A DNA stretch of 63,985 bases, counting the filler, from Ionaspis alba (Eukaryota): assembly GCA_964255285.1 (NCBI GenBank). It is 3 parts of 3 records of this genome, joined end to end, with 100 filler letters (N's around TTAATTAATTAA, not from the genome) between each part and the next. Parts side by side here need not be neighbours in the genome. Positions count along the whole stretch, not along the records: positions 1 to 22,285 come from CAXUUL010000210.1; positions 22,386 to 44,658 come from CAXUUL010000211.1; 1 more part is not named here. The stretch is one strand, 5' to 3'. Below the pieces are notes generated by a model, which did not search any database, had not been told where the DNA came from, and saw only the letters and a list, made by a program, of their open reading frames with translations. Shown one piece after another: positions 12,168 to 25,372 of this stretch (position 1 is the first letter of the stretch; every line of letters begins with the position of its first letter). The position numbers and the translations under genes are program-made.

Positions 12168-14258
12168 ATGAAAGCTATTTTTCCAAAGGTCTGCAGACTT
12201 CATTTATTTCGAGTCGCACTGCCCGCACGTCTGCCAAGATGTCGCAACTCTGCGAAGGTTCTCTATTCGACAAGTGCAGTTCCTGGGAGTCCTGCCATTC
12301 CCTCCACGGTGGTCAAGTTACGGGAATACCAGGAGGAATGTATACAATCGGTGCTTGCGTACCTTGACAAGGGGCACAAGCGACTTGGAGTGTCTCTGGC
12401 AACTGGCAGTGGAAAAACTGTATGTGCAGAATCTCTCATTCACTTATATTACTTGCTAAATCGCGAACAGGTCATTTTCACCCAGCTTATCGATCGCATA
12501 CCCTCTCCGAATAGAGATGCAACTCAAACGCTGATACTCGCCCATCGCCGTGAGCTTGTTGAGCAAGCGGCTCGACACTGCATAAATGCATATCCAACTA
12601 AGACGGTCGAGATCGAAATGGGCAATACCCATGCATCTGGTGCGGCAGACATCACGATTGCTTCAGTCAGAAGTCTTGTCTCTGGAGATCGAATTGAGAA
12701 GTTCGATCCCAAACGATTCAAGCTCGTTCTGGTAGACGAAGCTCACCACATCGTTGCTTCCGGCTACATGGAAACACTGCGCTACTTTGGCCTAGCTGAT
12801 CCGACGGAGTTGTCTCCGGCTCTGGTGGGTGTCTCAGCTACACTCTCGCGTTTTGATGGACTGAGACTTGGTGCTGCTATTGACCACATAGTCTATCACA
12901 AGTAAGTCAGCGCACAATGAATTTCATCCTTTTCTATGCTAAGCATGATTAGGGATTACGTGGATATGATCGGTGAAAAGTGGTTATCCAATGTCATATT
13001 CACAACAGTTCAGTCCAAGGCGGATATCTCAAAGGTCAAGAAAGCATCGTTTGGAGACTTTGTACCCGGTGAACTGTCGAAAGCCATCAATACGGACAAA
13101 ACAAACGAGATTACAGTCAGAGCTTGGCTTGCTCGCGCAAACAACAGAAGATCAACCATGGTCTTCTGCGTTGATCTTGCTCATGTGTCAGGCTTGACTA
13201 TGATGTTTCGAAAACATGGCGTTGATGCCAGATATGTTACCGGCCAAACTCCCAAAAAGATCCGAAGTGAGCGACTAGATGCTTTCCGGGATGGGCAATA
13301 TCCTGTGTTGATCAATTGTGGCGTATTTACTGAAGGGACCGATGTCCCAAACATCGATTGTATCTTGCTTGCGCGACCCACAAGGTCTCGAAATTTGCTT
13401 GTTCAAATGATTGGCCGTGGGATGCGTCTTCACCCTGGCAAGGAAAACTGCCATGTCATTGATATGGTTGCCTCGCTCGAGACCGGCATTGTCACAGTAC
13501 CCACTCTTTTCGGCCTTGACCCTTCCCAGGTCGTGAAAGAAGTTGACGTAGCGGCTTTAAAGGAGCTGAGAGACTTGAAAGATCAGGAAGACTTGCAACC
13601 GAACCTTCAGAATTCGTCGCCCAACACTTACGACTCGGATCCTAGAGTTACATTCACAGATTACGATTCTGTTTTTGACCTGATCGATGACACGTCGGGA
13701 GAACGACACATTCGAGGTATCAGCCAGCTTGCATGGGTGCAGGTTGATCGAGATCGCTATATTCTCTCAAGCCAGGAAGGCGCACATATATCCATCGAGC
13801 ATACGAGTTCTTCTAAACCGGCCTACCGCATTCGCTACACACCGCGTGTACCGAGTGAACTGGTTCGCGAAGGGAGCTGGCGGCCATATCAACGCACGCG
13901 TGACGTTGGGACCGCGGATACATTCACAGATGCTGTGCACGCTGCAGACACGTTTGCCTCCTCAACCTTCCCGAGATATATCGTTAGCAAGGACCAAGCT
14001 TGGAGAAAAGCTCCGGCGACACCTGGCCAGCTCAAGTTTCTCAACAAGTTGAGAGACGCTTCGGACGAGTTGACGGCAGATCAGCTTACGAAAGGCAAAG
14101 CTGCGGACATGATCACGAAGGTGAAATTCGGTGCTAGGGGACGTCTGTCAAAGCTGCAAGCCGCTAGCAAACGGCTTGCAAGGGGCAATGAGAAGCTGGT
14201 GCAGGTTGCTGAACTGAGAGAACGTGAAAGCGTACGGGTTGGTCCTCTTGTAGCCTGA
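12168..14258 (+). CDS. IRC3: Mitochondrial SF2 DExH-box helicase Irc3; 2 introns
   Basis: LREYQ Q-motif, [24 protein letters not shown] and QMIGRGMR helicase motifs. Mitochondrial-type presequence. Confidence 0.92.
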
Positions 14259-15571
14259 CGATGCTTTCATGTGCCATGTACCGCAAGGGGAGCTCCACGT
14301 GTCCGAAAAAAGATAAGAGAAAGAAGCATCTTCAAGCCTGGCAACGACTCCTAGAGCGTGATACCTGTCAGAAACATAGCTTTCATAAAATCTCGTGGGG
14401 TTCTCTGTACATGCGTGAACTCACCAGTCAGTATCTTTAAACGCACCGAAGGAGAGCCCAGCAGATTGTGCACTCTATGCATGCAGCGAGAATCTGTTGA
14501 ACAGGGTGTCAGAGTAGCGCCGTCATTGTGCCCAATGACGCTCACACAATCCAGCTGCACCCTTAACCGTAAGATAAGATTGTGCTTACGGACAGTTTTC
14601 CGTGGAATTTACCTTCTGGATGTCTGTGATCTCGACGTTGTAACTCGTACATAATTAGAGAATGCTCTAAGATACATCAACGGTCGAGAAAAGCAAAGAA
14701 GACGTTGGGATTTGCGGGAATCCTTCCGCAACTTCTTTCCCCTTTCACAACCCCCAAAATCGATCGTCATGCCGTTACCGCTTCCCCCCGCGCTCTTGCC
14801 CCTAAATCACTCAAGCCTTCGTGCAGTGAATGGCAGGAGGCTTGAGCATGCGCTTGCAGTAGCTGCAGTAAGCAGAACCACTACTTGAAGGTTCGCCCTA
14901 AGCCTGGAGCCTCTTCGGCGACAAAATCAAGTCGATTGGCAAGATTACTGTACATTTGAAGCCTCTCTTTCCTTGCTCCCTTTCTCCCGCCGCTTGACCT
15001 GCTTGGTGACCGTCGCCTGTACGAGTCCGTTTGACAGCAGGTTTATTTTGGGATAGTCTACATAAGATTACGACACTCCTTCCCCCAATTTTACAGTAAA
15101 AGGAACAAGGTGGTTGATCCTTCGTTTTCACCTTCAGGATTTTTTCGTGGATATTTCACTCGCTGTGTCCCGTACATACCAGACGGAGGCTGCAGTCTGT
15201 CATCGCCGCAACCGCAACAAGCCCAACGCCGTGTGCCAGCTAAAAAACTTCCGAGTATGATTCGCCGCTTCCAGGTTGGCTGCTACCACATTCGCTGAGG
15301 AATCGATTGGTTTCGTTATAGGGATCAGCTCCGCCAACTCGTCAATCCCTGCTCTCCCAGCCCCCGTGTTCCTGGCAGCAAAAAGCTTCGGCCAACCACT
15401 GTTTTACCCCCCGTGCATTTCCCCCCCGAAAGGCCGAAACTCAAGATCTCTCCCGCCTAACCACCAGTCGCTTCTCTTTCCTTGCGTCGCCCGGTTTGTC
15501 GCTCCACTCTCTCTATCCAACCACCATTCTTTGCTCGGGCGACCACCGCATGCTTTGGGTCGCCTGATTCG

Positions 15572-18500
15572 ATGAGAAGAAGGCCATCGGGTTCGACCGA
15601 GGAGGACGACACCGACGAGGCCTCTTTGTCTCCTGATCCTCAAGCTCAAGAAGATGACGGGAGAAAGAGAAGCTTCACGTCCGCCAAATTTGACGTTGCC
15701 AGGAACTCCGTCACTCTCGACAGGAGGAAAGTCGAGAAGAGCCTCGCGCCGACTCAATTGACTCAGCAGACTTGGTCGTCCGAACCCAATGTCTACACTG
15801 AACCCGAAAAGCAGAAACTGGTAACAGGAGGATCTCCGGATCGTTCACCTCTCGACAAGATGAAGGACTCGAAGGCGCGCCCGTCGCGAATGCGTAGTCC
15901 TTGGAGATACTCTCTTCTGGTGATCTTTACTGCTGCCATAGCCGGGGGTTTGGTCTTCTTGATCGTACACTCTCTTCTCACGCGACAACTCGATACCCAG
16001 GGCTGTGCAATGTCGTACATGGATCCCGCCTACGCACGACTCTCCGAATTCGATACCGAGCATACACGTTTTGCCAGCAAATATTCTCTGTACTTGTATC
16101 GGGAGGTCGGTGTCGATGAGGATACTAGGGTGGGAATGCCAGGCGACTTTCCCTGCTCGTTTTTACTGACATTTGCATAGGTCAAAGGTGTCCCTGTCCT
16201 TTTCATCACTGGCAATGCTGGAAGCTACAGACAAGTGCGACCACTCGCCGCCGAAGCCGCTCGTTACTTCCAAAGTCATGTACAGCACAATTCCGAGGCT
16301 ATCCGGGGAGGGACAAGAAGTTTGGATTTCTTTACTGCAGATTTCAACGAAGACATCACCGCTTTTCATGGACAAACCCTGCTGGACCAGGCGGAATACT
16401 TGAACGAAGCCGTTGCATATATACTCTCGCTTTACCACGATCCACGACGATCGAGACGGGATCCCGGCTATCCCGATCCCACTTCTGTCATTCTAATAGG
16501 CCATTCCATGGGTGGCATTGTTGCACGAACCATGCTCATCATGCCCAACTACCAATCCAACTCGATTAATACCATCATTACCATGTCAACACCCCACGCA
16601 CGTCCAGCCGTTTCCTTTGATGCCGATATCGTCCACACCTACAAGCGTATGAACGACTACTGGAGAGAGGCATATTCCCAAAAATGGGCAAATAATAATC
16701 CCCTGTGGCACGTCACTCTGATATCTATAGCTGGTGGAGGACTCGATACCACTGTTCCTTCGGATTACGCCAGCACATCCTCTCTCGTTCCTGACACTCA
16801 CGGCTTCACCGTCTTTACATCATCCATTCCCAATGTTTGGCTTGGCGCCGACCATCTCTCAATCCTTTGGTGCGATCAGCTCCGAAAAGTTATCGTCAGA
16901 TCGTTGCTCGAAGCGGTTGATGTTCACCGGGCCTCACAGACCAAGCCGAGAGCAGAACGTATGCGGATCTTCAAGAAGTGGTATCTAACAGGGATGGAAT
17001 CGGTTGCTGAGAAGACTCTGCCACAGACAGAGCTGACCACGCTACTCACTTTGGAAGACAACTCGAATTCTATCATCCCAATCGGGAAAAGATTGGTCAT
17101 GAGGGACTTGGGTGACTCTGGAAGGCCAAAGGCTTACCTCCTGCCTATTCCTGCTCAGGGAGTTCAGGGCGGTAAGAAATTCACTCTGCTTTCGGATCAG
17201 ACCATAGACGTATCAGGTGCGGACGGGAAGCTGGAAGTCCTTGTTTGCAGTGTTTTCCCTCTGCAGGCTGGTCACTCTGCGACTATCTTTTCGATGAACA
17301 TGGACCTTTCCGGGACTAGCTCGGGATCCACTAGATTGGCCTGCAAAAATGCTGCATCAGACACGATTCCGTTACCCGCTTCTACAAGAACGTCCAAATA
17401 TGCTTTCGATCGCGCTCAACCATTTTCGTATCTCCAGTATAACCTCGAAGACCTCGTTGAGCATCAATTTATCGCCGTTGTGGATAAAAGCAAAGAGCCT
17501 AGTAGCGGGTGGGCCATGGCTGAATTCGCCGACAAAATCGACTCTGAGATCCAGGCATCAGCTAGCCTACAGAAGCTTTTGATGTGGGGACTAAGGTTGA
17601 GACTTCCTGCTTCGAGGCCTATGGTCACTGATATTAAAATTCCCGTCGTGCACTCGAGTCTCCTGACTTACAAATTGACTATTGGATGTCAAGCCTGTGG
17701 GGACGATGTCGAACTCTTCTCCCCTCTGCTACGCCAGTATCTTTCGGATCCATTCGAGTCAAAGTATTTCGTCAATGTCAAGGATGCTGATATCAACCTT
17801 CATGGAATCGCACCTTACATGCCTCCTCCACTTCGAGCGCACGCCACCCGGGATGGAGTTTCCCTGCAGCTGTGGTCGGATCCGACCTGCAATAGCTCTA
17901 TCGACGTTTCTCTGAAGATCGATGTTGTCGGAAGCGTCGGCAAGCTGTATATCAGGTATCGGACAGCACTACTTGCATTTCCATTACTAGTTATTGCTCT
18001 AGTGCTGCGCAAGCAGTTTACAGTCCATGATCAGACAGGTATGAACTGTCAAGTTGTCAATCTAGTCTCGGCTTCGCTAATATGCTGGTTTAGGCGTCTT
18101 TATGCCCTTTGCCGAGGCCTTGGATCTGTGTCTCCGCTCATCTCTGCCAGCAATGCTACTCGCAATCTCTCTCCTTGCTATGTCCTTCGCGTCATCCAAC
18201 ACAGCGTCGTCTGGAGCCATTTCCACCGGCATTCTTAATTGGCATGGCAACAATACTAGCTCCGCCGTAAACTTCACCGAGAACGATCTTCTCCTCGGCT
18301 CGCAGGATCCATTCTTTTGGTTTCTCGTTCCAATGTTCGGCATCATCGGCGTCGGAGTGTGCTTCCTCATCGATTTCTCCGCCCTCACAGTCATCCACAT
18401 ACTCTGCTGGATTTACTCCTTGTTGACCGCAAAGCCAGCTTGGCTGAAGACTGATGATCGCCGGTATGTCACTCTTGCACTTGCCATGGTTTTCATTGAC

Positions 18501-19278
18501 TTATCCAATCATAGACGTAATGTGACGCCAGCGTTTGCGCCCGCATCGCCCAGAAGACGCATTCTGACCACCTTTATCCTCCTCTTCCTGGTATCGACCG
18601 TCATCCCGTACCAGTTTGCCTACATGGTAGCATGTATAATACAAATAGCGACCTGCACGCGGGCGTTGCGGTTAGCCAAGGAGACAGTAAGCCCTGTTCA
18701 TCTGCGGTCTCGTTTGGTACTCAAATGCTTACATGTCCCGACAGCGATCGGGAGCCCACTATAATTTCTACAACTACACTCATTCCATCTTCGTCCTCAT
18801 GCTCTGGATTCTCCCGATCAACCTCCCTGTTCTCGTCGTCTGGATACATAATCTCACGGTCCATTGGCTTACCCCGTTCTCATCACATCATAATGTTTTA
18901 TCGATAATGCCCTTCATCTTGCTCGTCGAGACACTGACGGGCGGGAAGATGATTCCGAGAATTACTACGAGGTTCGTCAACTTCCATCGACGATCCACCG
19001 TCTTGATATCCTTCATGAGTCTTGGCTGTCAGGTAGAATTCCGATGCTGATATGCTAGATTTAGATTCCGCCACGTCACCAATATCCTCTTCTTCGTCCT
19101 CGCTGTATACGCAGCTGTCTACGGCATCACTTTTGCCTACCAGCTCCACCATGTCGCAAACCTCGTCTGTGCCTGGCTCGTGGCTGTTCATTTTACCAAC
19201 AGCAACATCTCGCTCTCGGGTCTTAGCGAGATTCTTGAAGGGGATGGCAGTGACAATCATGTCAAGAAAAGGCCCTGA
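15572..19278 (+). CDS. BST1: GPI inositol-deacylase (PGAP1/Bst1), multi-exon
   Basis: GVPVLFITGNAGSYRQVR, lipase GHSMGG, DHLSILWC and a multi-TM C-terminus. Five introns are readable. The ATG at 15572 gives MRRRPSGS. Confidence 0.95.
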
Positions 19279-20078
19279 AGAGCAAATCAAGTTGTTCCAG
19301 GATCCAGATCAAATACGGCGGCCCAAGAAACCATGACGAGGCCCGTGAATTCAAAAGCAACGCCCTGCCAGGAGAAGAAGAACGTGGCGAGGATTCTTAT
19401 CAAGTCCGAGGAAGGATCGATCGTCACTCGGAACAGCAATGCTGCTCCGGATGTAAATAATGTCTGCACCACATACTGCACAAAGTCCAGAGGGAAAGAG
19501 AGTCGCGCTTGACAGGGTATACAGGACTCTCATGTAAATAGATGCGTGTGTGTATGCTGATAATCGAGCGTACTGTCGTGACGGGAAATAATGCTGGAAA
19601 CGAGGGTGGTTATACATATGTCGGGGTTAGAGACAGATAATAGATTAGCACTTTTAGGATATACATGAGATTTTGGCTCGATCCTAGTGCAATGTGTAGG
19701 TGTGATACTCATGAGTGAATCTTTACGCATTTTGTTCAGAAATAAAAGTGACAGATTGCGTGTGACTTGGATGACGCTCTTGTCCAACGAGACCCTCGAA
19801 CCGGAGCGGAATGCATTGTCAGTAAGATTATCGAACACGAATCAATTAGCCACCCGTCCTTTGACGCGACTGTGTCGGTCTGTCCGTCTATCAACGCCTT
19901 CAATGCAAGCGTGCTGGCATACCCGTCAATGCTTCATATCCATCACTTCGTCCCATCCACCTCCAATATTCGCTCCTTCTCCCTTTTGATTCATGATCTG
20001 CGTACCCAGTTCAACAAGCCATCGCACATGCATCTCCATCCACTCGAAGCTGTTGCAAGCCTCTCTCTCTGCGGCTCT

Positions 20079-21667
20079 CTAACGATTGCTACCTTCCCCC
20101 CCAAAGTGCCTTCCAAACCACCCAGCAATGCCTCCTCCACCACTACTGCCATTCCCCCCATTCCCACTCCCACCACTCTGGTCCCTCGAGCTATGCCTCC
20201 TGCTCCCACTCGGCCGCTGCGGATACGAAGAACCTTGCATAGGACTCTCAGGCACATGGAAAGGATTCTGCCTCGACCCACTTCCCGGATACTCACCCGG
20301 TAGCCCTCTCCACTGCGGTTCACGAGTAGGTGTATGAGGTGATCGCGGACCCGCCTGTGGGGACCACGTTGGTTGACGACTTTCCCCACCACCAGCGTTA
20401 CCGCCACCGCTTCCTTCCGCGCTGCTGCTGTTTGTCCTTCCCATGGCCCATGGTGCTTGCATATGTCGAGGGACCTGTCCTGGTGTTCTAGGCTGGCTGC
20501 CATCTCCTTCCTTGGGCATTATACCCCGTCGACATTGCGGACAGGTATCGTGTTCACCCAGCCAAGCGCCGACGCACTCGCCATGGAACCAGTGCTTACA
20601 AGGCAATTCCGTTACCTCGGCGCCAAGCTCCAAACTGTCCATGCATATGCTACACTCGGCTTTCCCTTGCGCGTCAAGATGTTCCTTTCCCAGCTTTAGC
20701 TTCGGCAGCGCAGCGATCGCGGTAGCTGACGCAGGACCTGGTGCACTGGACGTCGAATGCTGCTCCATCAGGTGGCTGATAACGCGGTCGAGAGCTTCCT
20801 GTGTAAATACAGCATCGCCGGCCCGTGCGTTGGCGGGGTTGAAAAGTTGATGTAGGAAGGACAGAGGGCCCCCGAAAGGTGGTGGAGGCTGTCCTTCTCG
20901 AGATTCGCCGTTTGACTCCAGTGGACCATGCTGCATGCTGGCTATGAGGTTTGAAAGAATACCATGTAAATCGTCCATCGGGAGAGGTTGTGGACCACCA
21001 TTGGCACCGCCTGGGCCCAGACGCACGTTTGTAGTGTATGTGCCAAAGGCTTGTCGCGGTGGTCCTTCTTGCAAGGGCGATCGGGGAACTGTCTCGAACG
21101 TGAATCCTGCGCGAGGTGGTGGGCCACTGCGGCGGTCGTTGTCATTATTGCGTGTTGCAGCCGCAGGGCCGTTGATGATTGTGTTGAACATCTCCCCGAA
21201 GAGGTCGCTGGCTGTTGTGGGTGCCGGTCGCCGGGCCATAGGCGTGCTCGAACGAAAAGAGATGCGCGAAAAGTGCATTCCATTTGGGCCATGCCATTCT
21301 ACTTGACTTATGTCGCCGTCATCAGGGTCAGGGACCGGAGAACCCCATGGACTGTGCGTGTGGAGAGGGTGGGGCGGGAGCCGGTCAGAAGGAGAGGAGG
21401 GTCGAACGAAGTTCTCGTTGTGAGTGTCTTGAGGGTCGTTATCTGGCCCGATCTGGGATAGTGTTAGAAGATGGGCCATGAGCTGTGGATTTGTCGGCGC
21501 GGTTCTATTTCTGTACTTGTCGAGTTTCATGCTTAAAATGCACTCACAATTTCCACGATTTCAGAATTGCACTCCGGACATTCTAGCCCATGTTCATCTC
21601 GATACCATTCATTTTCACAAGAATGACAGAATACCAGCTCTCTCTGTCCTCTCGCTCGGTCTGCCAT
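20079..21667 (-). CDS. RING-H2 E3 ubiquitin ligase with N-terminal zinc ribbon (RNF126/RNF115-like); intron 21453-21547
   Basis: Exon 1 MADRARGQRELVFCHSCENEWYRDEHGLECPECNSEIVEI (CxxC...CxxC) is not in the ORF track. Exon 2 has CSICMD...LPCKHWFHGECVGAWLGEHDTCPQCR and GDAVFTQEALDRVISHLME. Confidence 0.9.
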
Positions 21668-22285
21668 GTTGAGCAGCCAAGTGTGAATTGCTGACAATTG
21701 TGGCTGAGGTGATGAGGAGGAAGCTTGTTGTCGATCGACAGTTGAACTTATCGAGAGATCGTGGTATCATACAAGGCTATCCAAGGTGATACAAACACTG
21801 AGGCTGAGGCGGTTACAGGGGCGCTTTTGTCTATCGTCGGCCTTGTCGAACGCCTCGCTGTCAAGTGCAACCAGATAGCGTTGAGGGCGGCGGACCTGCA
21901 GCCGCTTATGCAGAGGCGCTGATGGAATTATGAAGTGAGACCAGTAAAGCACAACGGTACTATAGACAATAGACAGGAGAAGATAGTAGTGAGCGTCGAT
22001 GTGATAATATGGATGCAGGTGGCGTGGGAAGCTGTATGTCTCTTGGAGCTGTTGTCAGACAGCCGGAAGCAAATGCACGCAAACGAATCAAATGACGTTG
22101 TATTTCCTGTGTCGCCGTATCTCTGGTACCGATAGGCCGGATGATGGAAGTCGCGTGCTGTGGCGCCTTGTTCCTCCTGTTTCTCAACCGGATTTTAGAA
22201 AGTTTTCCTGTGGCAACAACAGTACAAGTTAATCTTGGTATATGTATATCAAAACCCTTTGTGGGTGGGGCATGCTAATCCTTAG

Positions 22286-22385
22286 NNNNNNNNNNNNNNN
22301 NNNNNNNNNNNNNNNNNNNNNNNNNNNNNTTAATTAATTAANNNNNNNNNNNNNNNNNNNNNNNNNNNNNNNNNNNNNNNNNNNN
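22286..22385. other. Artificial scaffold-joining spacer N44-TTAATTAATTAA-N44
   Basis: A 12-mer with stops in all six frames centred in exactly 100 positions. An identical construct occurs at 44659-44758. Confidence 0.95.
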
Positions 22386-23251
22386 ATCAGAGGGCTCGAT
22401 ATTTGTGGAGGTTGATGATTGATGATGATCGTAATGATCGTGGGCTTCTTCTTATTATTTTTAGCTTCATGGGTTGAGAATCCCCCTTAGCTTTAGCAAT
22501 GGACATACGGGTGCTTTGTTTGCTATGAGATGCGCCGCAGTCATAAACATGCCAAGATTGTATGAGTTAGCTACGAGGTTGGAGAAAGTTTTGACACTCC
22601 GTTTACGCTCTGGACATCGCCCATTGGAGGGAGAGTCTCCAAGGTTGAATGAAGGAACTACCTGCTCGAGCCTTTTGTTAATGGTGTTGTACAGGGATTG
22701 GAAGCGGATCGGAAGCGGATTTGAGTGGGAGTCTTTTGTATAGGTTGAGTAGATATGGAGGAGAAGAAGGGTTCTTACAGGAACAGGTACTAGATCTCTA
22801 TGGACAGAGCGGACAACTGAAAACTTGTTGATAGAAGAGAATGGCGAGAACAGTTCAAAGAGTCACAGCATATCAGAATCCCGTATCTCATCTATCGGAC
22901 GTAGCTCCTCTTGCATGAAAAGCCACAAAAGCATTTATAAATTGTACAGTAGAATCCCTGACACAGCGGTACGAAGCAAAGCGAAGACAAAACCACAAAA
23001 CCACTTTTCCCGCCAGCGCCATGCGTTCTACCTCTGCCGTTATAAAAATGGCCTCTCGCGGGTCGGGTATCTTTCTCCAAATCAAACCATGCCAGAAATT
23101 ATCCAAACGGCCACCGTGTATCAACGCCGATGCTATTCTCAGGATGTGCCGCCAATCATGATGATGATAATGCGTGATTCTATGCTCTACTCGTAATGCG
23201 TTGATGGTTTCGTCATGATGTAGTCGCTCTTCAATGAGAGCATGAAGTTTA

Positions 23252-24304
23252 TTACTCGACACGACCTCCGGTACTGTAATCGGAAGTGTTCGAGGGTAAT
23301 CGAGGAATACTGCAGTCGCTCGATTTCGATATGCTGCGGTATTCCCTGGTAGATGAGGCATAATCATCTTTTGCATCATCTTTAACTGAACCTGGAGGAG
23401 TCATGAGGTGGGAGCGTGACTCCGGGACCATGGAGAGCGTGAGGTCTTCCATTTGGTTGAAAACGCCGTGCTCGTCGAAGAGCTCAATGTACTTCTGATC
23501 TAAAATTCGAGCCTTCGGGCCAGCGTAATGGCGATATTCTTCGAGGATAGAACCCATCGTCCAGTCGTTCATCTTGCGAAAACAACCAATGACACAGCCA
23601 GTACGATGCTAGCACTTCTTATTAGACCTTTTGTATTGAAATGTCACTTCAGCAAAGACTTACCTTTCCTTTGTTGCAATGTACGAGCACTGGGTGGTAC
23701 TTCTTGGCATTCAAAAGTACCTCGAGTGCTTTTGCCATGGACTCGGGGGGGATGACATCGAAAGCGTCCTTATTGGCTGGAATCGGTATCTGGATATGCC
23801 TAATGCCGTTCTCCATGTTGAAGTCCAGATTTGCAGCAGGATACTCCTCAGCGACCAAAGTCCTATTACGAGTGTTAGAGGTCTCATAGATCTCTGTCGA
23901 ACACTGCTGTCACTTACAATATCGTCCTGAGGCCGAGTGTCTTCATATATTCGAAGTTCCCAATCTTTGGGAAGCTACTTCGATAGATACCAGGAGCGAC
24001 TTCGCCAAAGTTGATCGGTGGACCAGCAGTGGGAGAAGGCGGTTCACTCTCTTCGATGCTGCTCATGGCGGAGAAAGCTGAGAAGAGAGGTGTTAGGTTC
24101 AAGCTCAAGTGCCAACAAGAGCATTCCGTAAAGCGATATATACAGCAGTGTAGGCTAGATGTATGGGCTTGGAGTGTGGAGTGGGAGTTCTGTACCGAGA
24201 ATCCTAGGACTCTCTGTCCCATCACCCATGATCTCAGATCGCTCAGACGTTGCAATAAGTTGGCGATGGGTGCTGACGATCTGCTCTTGCTTTTGGAGAT
24301 CCAT
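23252..24304 (-). CDS. SIW14/OCA-family atypical dual-specificity (inositol pyrophosphate-type) phosphatase
   Basis: PPINFGEVAPGIYRSSFP, catalytic HCNKGK|HRTGC across an intron, EEYRHYAGPKAR. The start is either ATG 24304 (via in-frame intron 24078-24195) or ATG 24066. Confidence 0.88.
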
Positions 24305-25372
24305 TACAATGACTCTTCTGGAATTGTCTTGAGCCGTAGATTTCGAACGCGCAAGTACTGGGGTTGAGGTAGAAGGCCTTTGGCTGCTGTTCCTGTAGAC
24401 AACCTGAGTCGAAATTTGTTGACTTAGGATGCAATTAGAAATCGTTAATACAGGCAAGCAGACCGGTTTCTAAGTGCACACGAGCAGAGGGACAAGAACG
24501 TAGAAGAGGAAGTTCGAGGTTGCGAGGGAGCGGAGGGTATGATCTCCGCAATGGCGGAAAAGAGAGGACTGGTCTCTTCGTCAGTCCAAACCTCTACACA
24601 CAGCTAGCCATAGCAGCGGCAGCAACTTCGAGCTGCGGAATTCCCGAACCAAAGGTGAGACGACGTACCTCTCTTCTAACCAGGTACTAACGACATCTTC
24701 CAGGTGAGTAGCTAGCAGAGAGTCTCTTCTGCTTTAAGTCCATCGTGCAGGAGTGGAGTTTGTATTTGCGGTGCACTCTGCGCCGAGCTGATATCTATGG
24801 GGGAGTAGTGAAAAGCTGTGGCAGAGAAAGTGCTGTTGGTGGGCAGTCGTGAGGGATTGTGGAGAAGGAAGTCTATGTTCAGACCGGACTGCTTGGCTAG
24901 TGGCCAAATTCGCAAGAGCCTTGGGCGGAACAGGCTTACTCTCTTTCAATCTCGGCTCTATTTTAGCTTGCCCTAAATCCATAATGTGCTCTGTTCCATG
25001 GTTTCATTCTATGCTACGAGGCTAGGATGCCCTGAGCTATTCCATTTGATTTGGACCTCAAAGTGAATCGTCCTGCATAAAGTGAATTCCACAACGGTCG
25101 TGACTTACAGCGTGTCACCTTCGTGAAGCTGCAATATTTAACGTTGTGAAAGCAACAGAACGAGCTTGAGACTTCTAAGTGAAGAGTGAGGTTCTATTTA
25201 GATCTGTTGTATCGAGGAGGAGCCGGGTTAGATCTAGAAGTAGGGACACCGGAGACCAAATCGTCTGGTGCCACATTTCGTATATCCATCCGTGGTTCAA
25301 GTCGTCTAAGAAGAAATTCTTAGGAACTTTGTTGGATGAAGCAAAATGAATGCTCTTCGTCTTCAATTAGGT

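Noticed and set aside
22330..22341. TTAATTAATTAA palindrome as a biological element (e.g. a TTAA target site)
   Set aside because: It is centred in N runs and duplicated exactly at 44703-44714, so it is an assembly spacer.
22888..23379. 163-aa minus-strand ORF overlapping the 3' end of the phosphatase
   Set aside because: No recognisable domain. It overlaps the real CDS in another frame and probably lies in the 3' UTR.
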